Below are positions 61,532 through 64,000 of a stretch of 64,000 nucleotides of DNA, piece by piece. The notes beneath the pieces are model-generated. The model worked only from the letters and a program-made list of their open reading frames with translations. It searched no databases and was not told the origin of the DNA. Each line of letters starts with the position of its first letter. Within the stretch, counting starts at the first letter, position 1. Source of the stretch: Podarcis liolepis (taxonomy: Eukaryota); assembly GCA_965112155.1 (NCBI GenBank), contig OZ218102.1; one strand, given 5' to 3'. A program made the translations under genes and the position numbers.

Positions 61532-63229
61532 CAATGGTGCCTCGCAAGACGAAATTAATTCGTTCTGCGAGTTTTTTCGTCTTGCGAATTTTTCGTCTTG
61601 CGAAGCACGGTTTCCCATAGGAATGCATTGAAAATCAATTAATGCGTTCCTATGGTCAAAAAAAGTCCAAACAAAGCCAAATTTGGTACAAAAAGAGTTT
61701 ATTAAGTGCTCTTTAAAGTCACACATACTGTAAAGAGCATTTCAAAAATTGAAGGAACAATAATTTAAGTTTCTAAACATGACAGAAAAGCATTTAAAAA
61801 TCACCAGTGTACTGTACATACATTTTCTAAGACTCTGGGGGACAACTCGAAGAAGGCTCCTCTTCCACTCTTTGCTTCTTGCTGAAGAACCTGTCCATGG
61901 TCTGCTGCTTCATCCGCCTTTTCAGCACCTCCCTGAAAGACGACATGACCCTCGTATCAAAAGTGTTCGCAAGGTCACGTGTCAGGTCCTTGTCAGGGTG
62001 GTGCCGCTGTGCAAAATCCTACACATCTTTCCACTTTTGGCAAATGTCCCTCAGTTCTTTGGAGGACAGCCGTTCCTCAGTTGCTTCCTCCTCTTCCAGC
62101 GAGGCCTGCTCCTGCGCAGCCTCTGCCTGCAGTTCAACCAGCTCCTGGGTGGTCAGCCCGTGGTCGTGCTCCTCCGCCAGCTCGCTGACGACTTCTGGCT
62201 CGCCTGAGGTTCCTGGCTGTTGCCGGACGAGGTCTGCGTGCAAGGCCTTGGCCTTCTCACAAATGACAGCCTCAGTCACTGTGTCCCCTCACACTGCTTC
62301 TCTTCTAACCAGATGAGCAGCAACTTCTCCACCTCCTCCAGAACAGCTGGGCAGTTCTTCACGATCCTGGTGACTCCCTTGGCTACATCAGTCGCAAGGA
62401 TCTTCTCCCTCATCTTCAGGATGGTCCCGATGGTCGATGGATTCCTCCCATACTCCCTAGCGAGGTCTGTCACACGCATTCCACCGTCGTGCTTCCGGAT
62501 GATCTCCTTCTTCATTTCCAGCGTAACCTTCTCCTTCTTCCTCTCGCCGGCCTCTGCAGCAGCAGTCTTCTTGGGCCCCATGGCAGCACAGCTCCTACCT
62601 TCTCAAAAATAAAAATAAAAATCAGTGCTTCACATCCAAAAAATTCAAAAGCACCAAACCTCCCAGAAAACACACAAGTTTCCAGATTCTTGCAAACCCC
62701 TTCTCAACAATTCCCTGACCCCCCCAGCCACCCACCACACAGAAATCCAAACCCAGAAATCTTTTTTTTTAACAACAGCAGAGTGCCCAATGGTCACAAA
62801 AAATCATAAAAATGCAGAAAAAAACACACAAGCTTCCAGATTCTTGCAAACCCCTCCCAACACCAAGTCCTTGAATTCCAAACACCCCAACCCAAAATCC
62901 AAAACCCCCCAAAAAAGTTTTAAAAGTTTAACTTACCAAATGGCTGCAAAAGAAGTTTTGGAAAAGCTTCAAAAATCACCAAAGTCTTCAAAAACCTCAA
63001 AAAAGGCTACCACACCGCGTGCTATGAGTTGCTCCTCGAAGTCAAGTCGCAACTGCACCTCTTCAAGCAATGCACCCTGGGTATTAACGGTTTTAAGAAA
63101 AAGGAAACAAACTTGCAAGACGTTTTCATCTTGCGAAGCAAGCCCATAGGGAAATTCGTCCTGCGAAGCAACTCAAAAAACGAAAAACTCTTTCGTCTTG
63201 CGAGGCATTCGTCTTGCAAGGTACCACTG
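61532..63229 (-). mobile_element. Tigger/pogo DNA transposon, internally deleted (1.7 kb)
   Basis: TIRs CA(G/A)TGGT(G/A)CCT(C/T)GCAAGACGAA, TA TSDs, subterminal TTCGTCTTGCGA repeats, residual transposase. Confidence 0.93.
61827..62581 (-). pseudogene. Tigger transposase remnant: HTH_psq/CENP-B-type DNA-binding N-terminus fused to the acidic C-terminal tail, with no DDE domain
   Basis: MGPKK...VTLEMKKEIIRKHDGGMRVTDLAREYGRNPSTIGTILK...LEEVEKLLLIWLEEKQ; frameshift at about 62280, TAG at 62019-62021; C-terminal ...KRRMKQQTMDRFFSKKQ. Confidence 0.88.
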
Positions 63230-63524
63230 TAACTAGATATATCAGTGCTAGTCACTACCATCCTGGCTGTGAACCCTAATGTCCATACACACAGGAGTCC
63301 CTTCTTCCACTTGAAATTGCCTGCATGCCAGTATATTCTTCAGAGGTCCTTCTCCAGGTTCCCCTGTGCCCCAAGGTTAGGTGGATGGTGACTAGCAATA
63401 TGTGACTGTTAGTCCCCCTTGAGTGTAAAAACTGAAGAGTTGGGATATAAGTCATTGAAATAAAGTGATTTGTTGGTGTTGATGTATGGATAGAGTTTTG
63501 ATTTTCTTCTTCTCTGTTTTTCAG

Positions 63525-63652
63525 GGAATGCCAGTCCCCGCTACATAAGATGTACATCCTATAATATCCCATGCACCTCAGATATGGCCAAGCAGTCACA
63601 AGTTCCTCTTGCTGCAGTCATAAAGCCGTTGGCTGCACTTCCTGCAGAAGAG
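63525..63652 (+). CDS. SEC24C: SEC24C coding exon (start of the structured Sec23/24 core); gene continues past the window
   Basis: [43 protein letters not shown], a hallmark SEC24C/D sequence; tttttcag acceptor, GAG|GTGAGA donor; 128 nt. Confidence 0.96.
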
Positions 63653-64000
63653 GTGAGACTGATATCCCTGACCCTTCAGATAAAATAGCAAGTTTGTCAG
63701 TAGCACCTGTTTGTTTTGTCACCACTCATACTGTTAGCACTGCTAGTTAATGAATCTATCCAAATAAAAGTGCTCAAGTAGATGTTCAAAATTACTTGCC
63801 GTGCAGTTTTCTGTGCTTGTGTTTATTACCTGAGCACTAGCAATCTTTAATTCAAACATTTGTGCCAGGCTCCACAAGGTTCCAATGTGTTGCCCATCCT
63901 CTTTAACATCTAGATCGGAGTGGGGAAGCTTTTCAGCCCGGTGGGCCAGATCCTTAGCATCCAAACTTGAAGCCACTGAGCCTTGGCACTGATCTCATGC

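Noticed and set aside
62625-63149. 174-aa Lys/Pro-rich plus-strand ORF
   Set aside because: Low-complexity A/C-rich 5' non-coding region of the Tigger element read antisense.

Overview
This is vertebrate genomic DNA from a squamate, probably a lacertid lizard, judging by the Sauria-type SINEs and the L2/CR1/RTE repeat content. Two genes lie head-to-head. SYNPO2L (synaptopodin-2-like/CHAP) is on the minus strand with a complete 4-exon CDS (37550 to 1049, 1088 aa, N-terminal PDZ domain). It also has a candidate internal first exon at 6022-6109 for the short PDZ-less isoform. The 5' part of SEC24C (COPII cargo adaptor) is on the plus strand: a CpG-island promoter at about 40.8-41.4 kb, a non-coding exon 1, seven constitutive coding exons to 63652, and the gene continues beyond the window. 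SEC24C carries an alternative-splicing module: an 84-nt in-frame cassette, the 69-nt/23-aa cassette that duplicates the DPDxIPSP motif, and a tiny 'IQV-stop' exon that reads either as an 8-nt poison microexon or as a polyadenylated terminal exon. The introns are rich in transposons: a Tigger/pogo family at several deletion stages (one copy lacks the DDE domain but keeps the DNA-binding region and PIP box), hAT elements carrying CpG-island-like cargo, two Sauria SINE subfamilies, nested insertions, a probable solo LTR and LINE fragments. Exon boundaries were read by hand from splice signals and phase. Homology calls come from recall of the vertebrate proteins, not from database searches.
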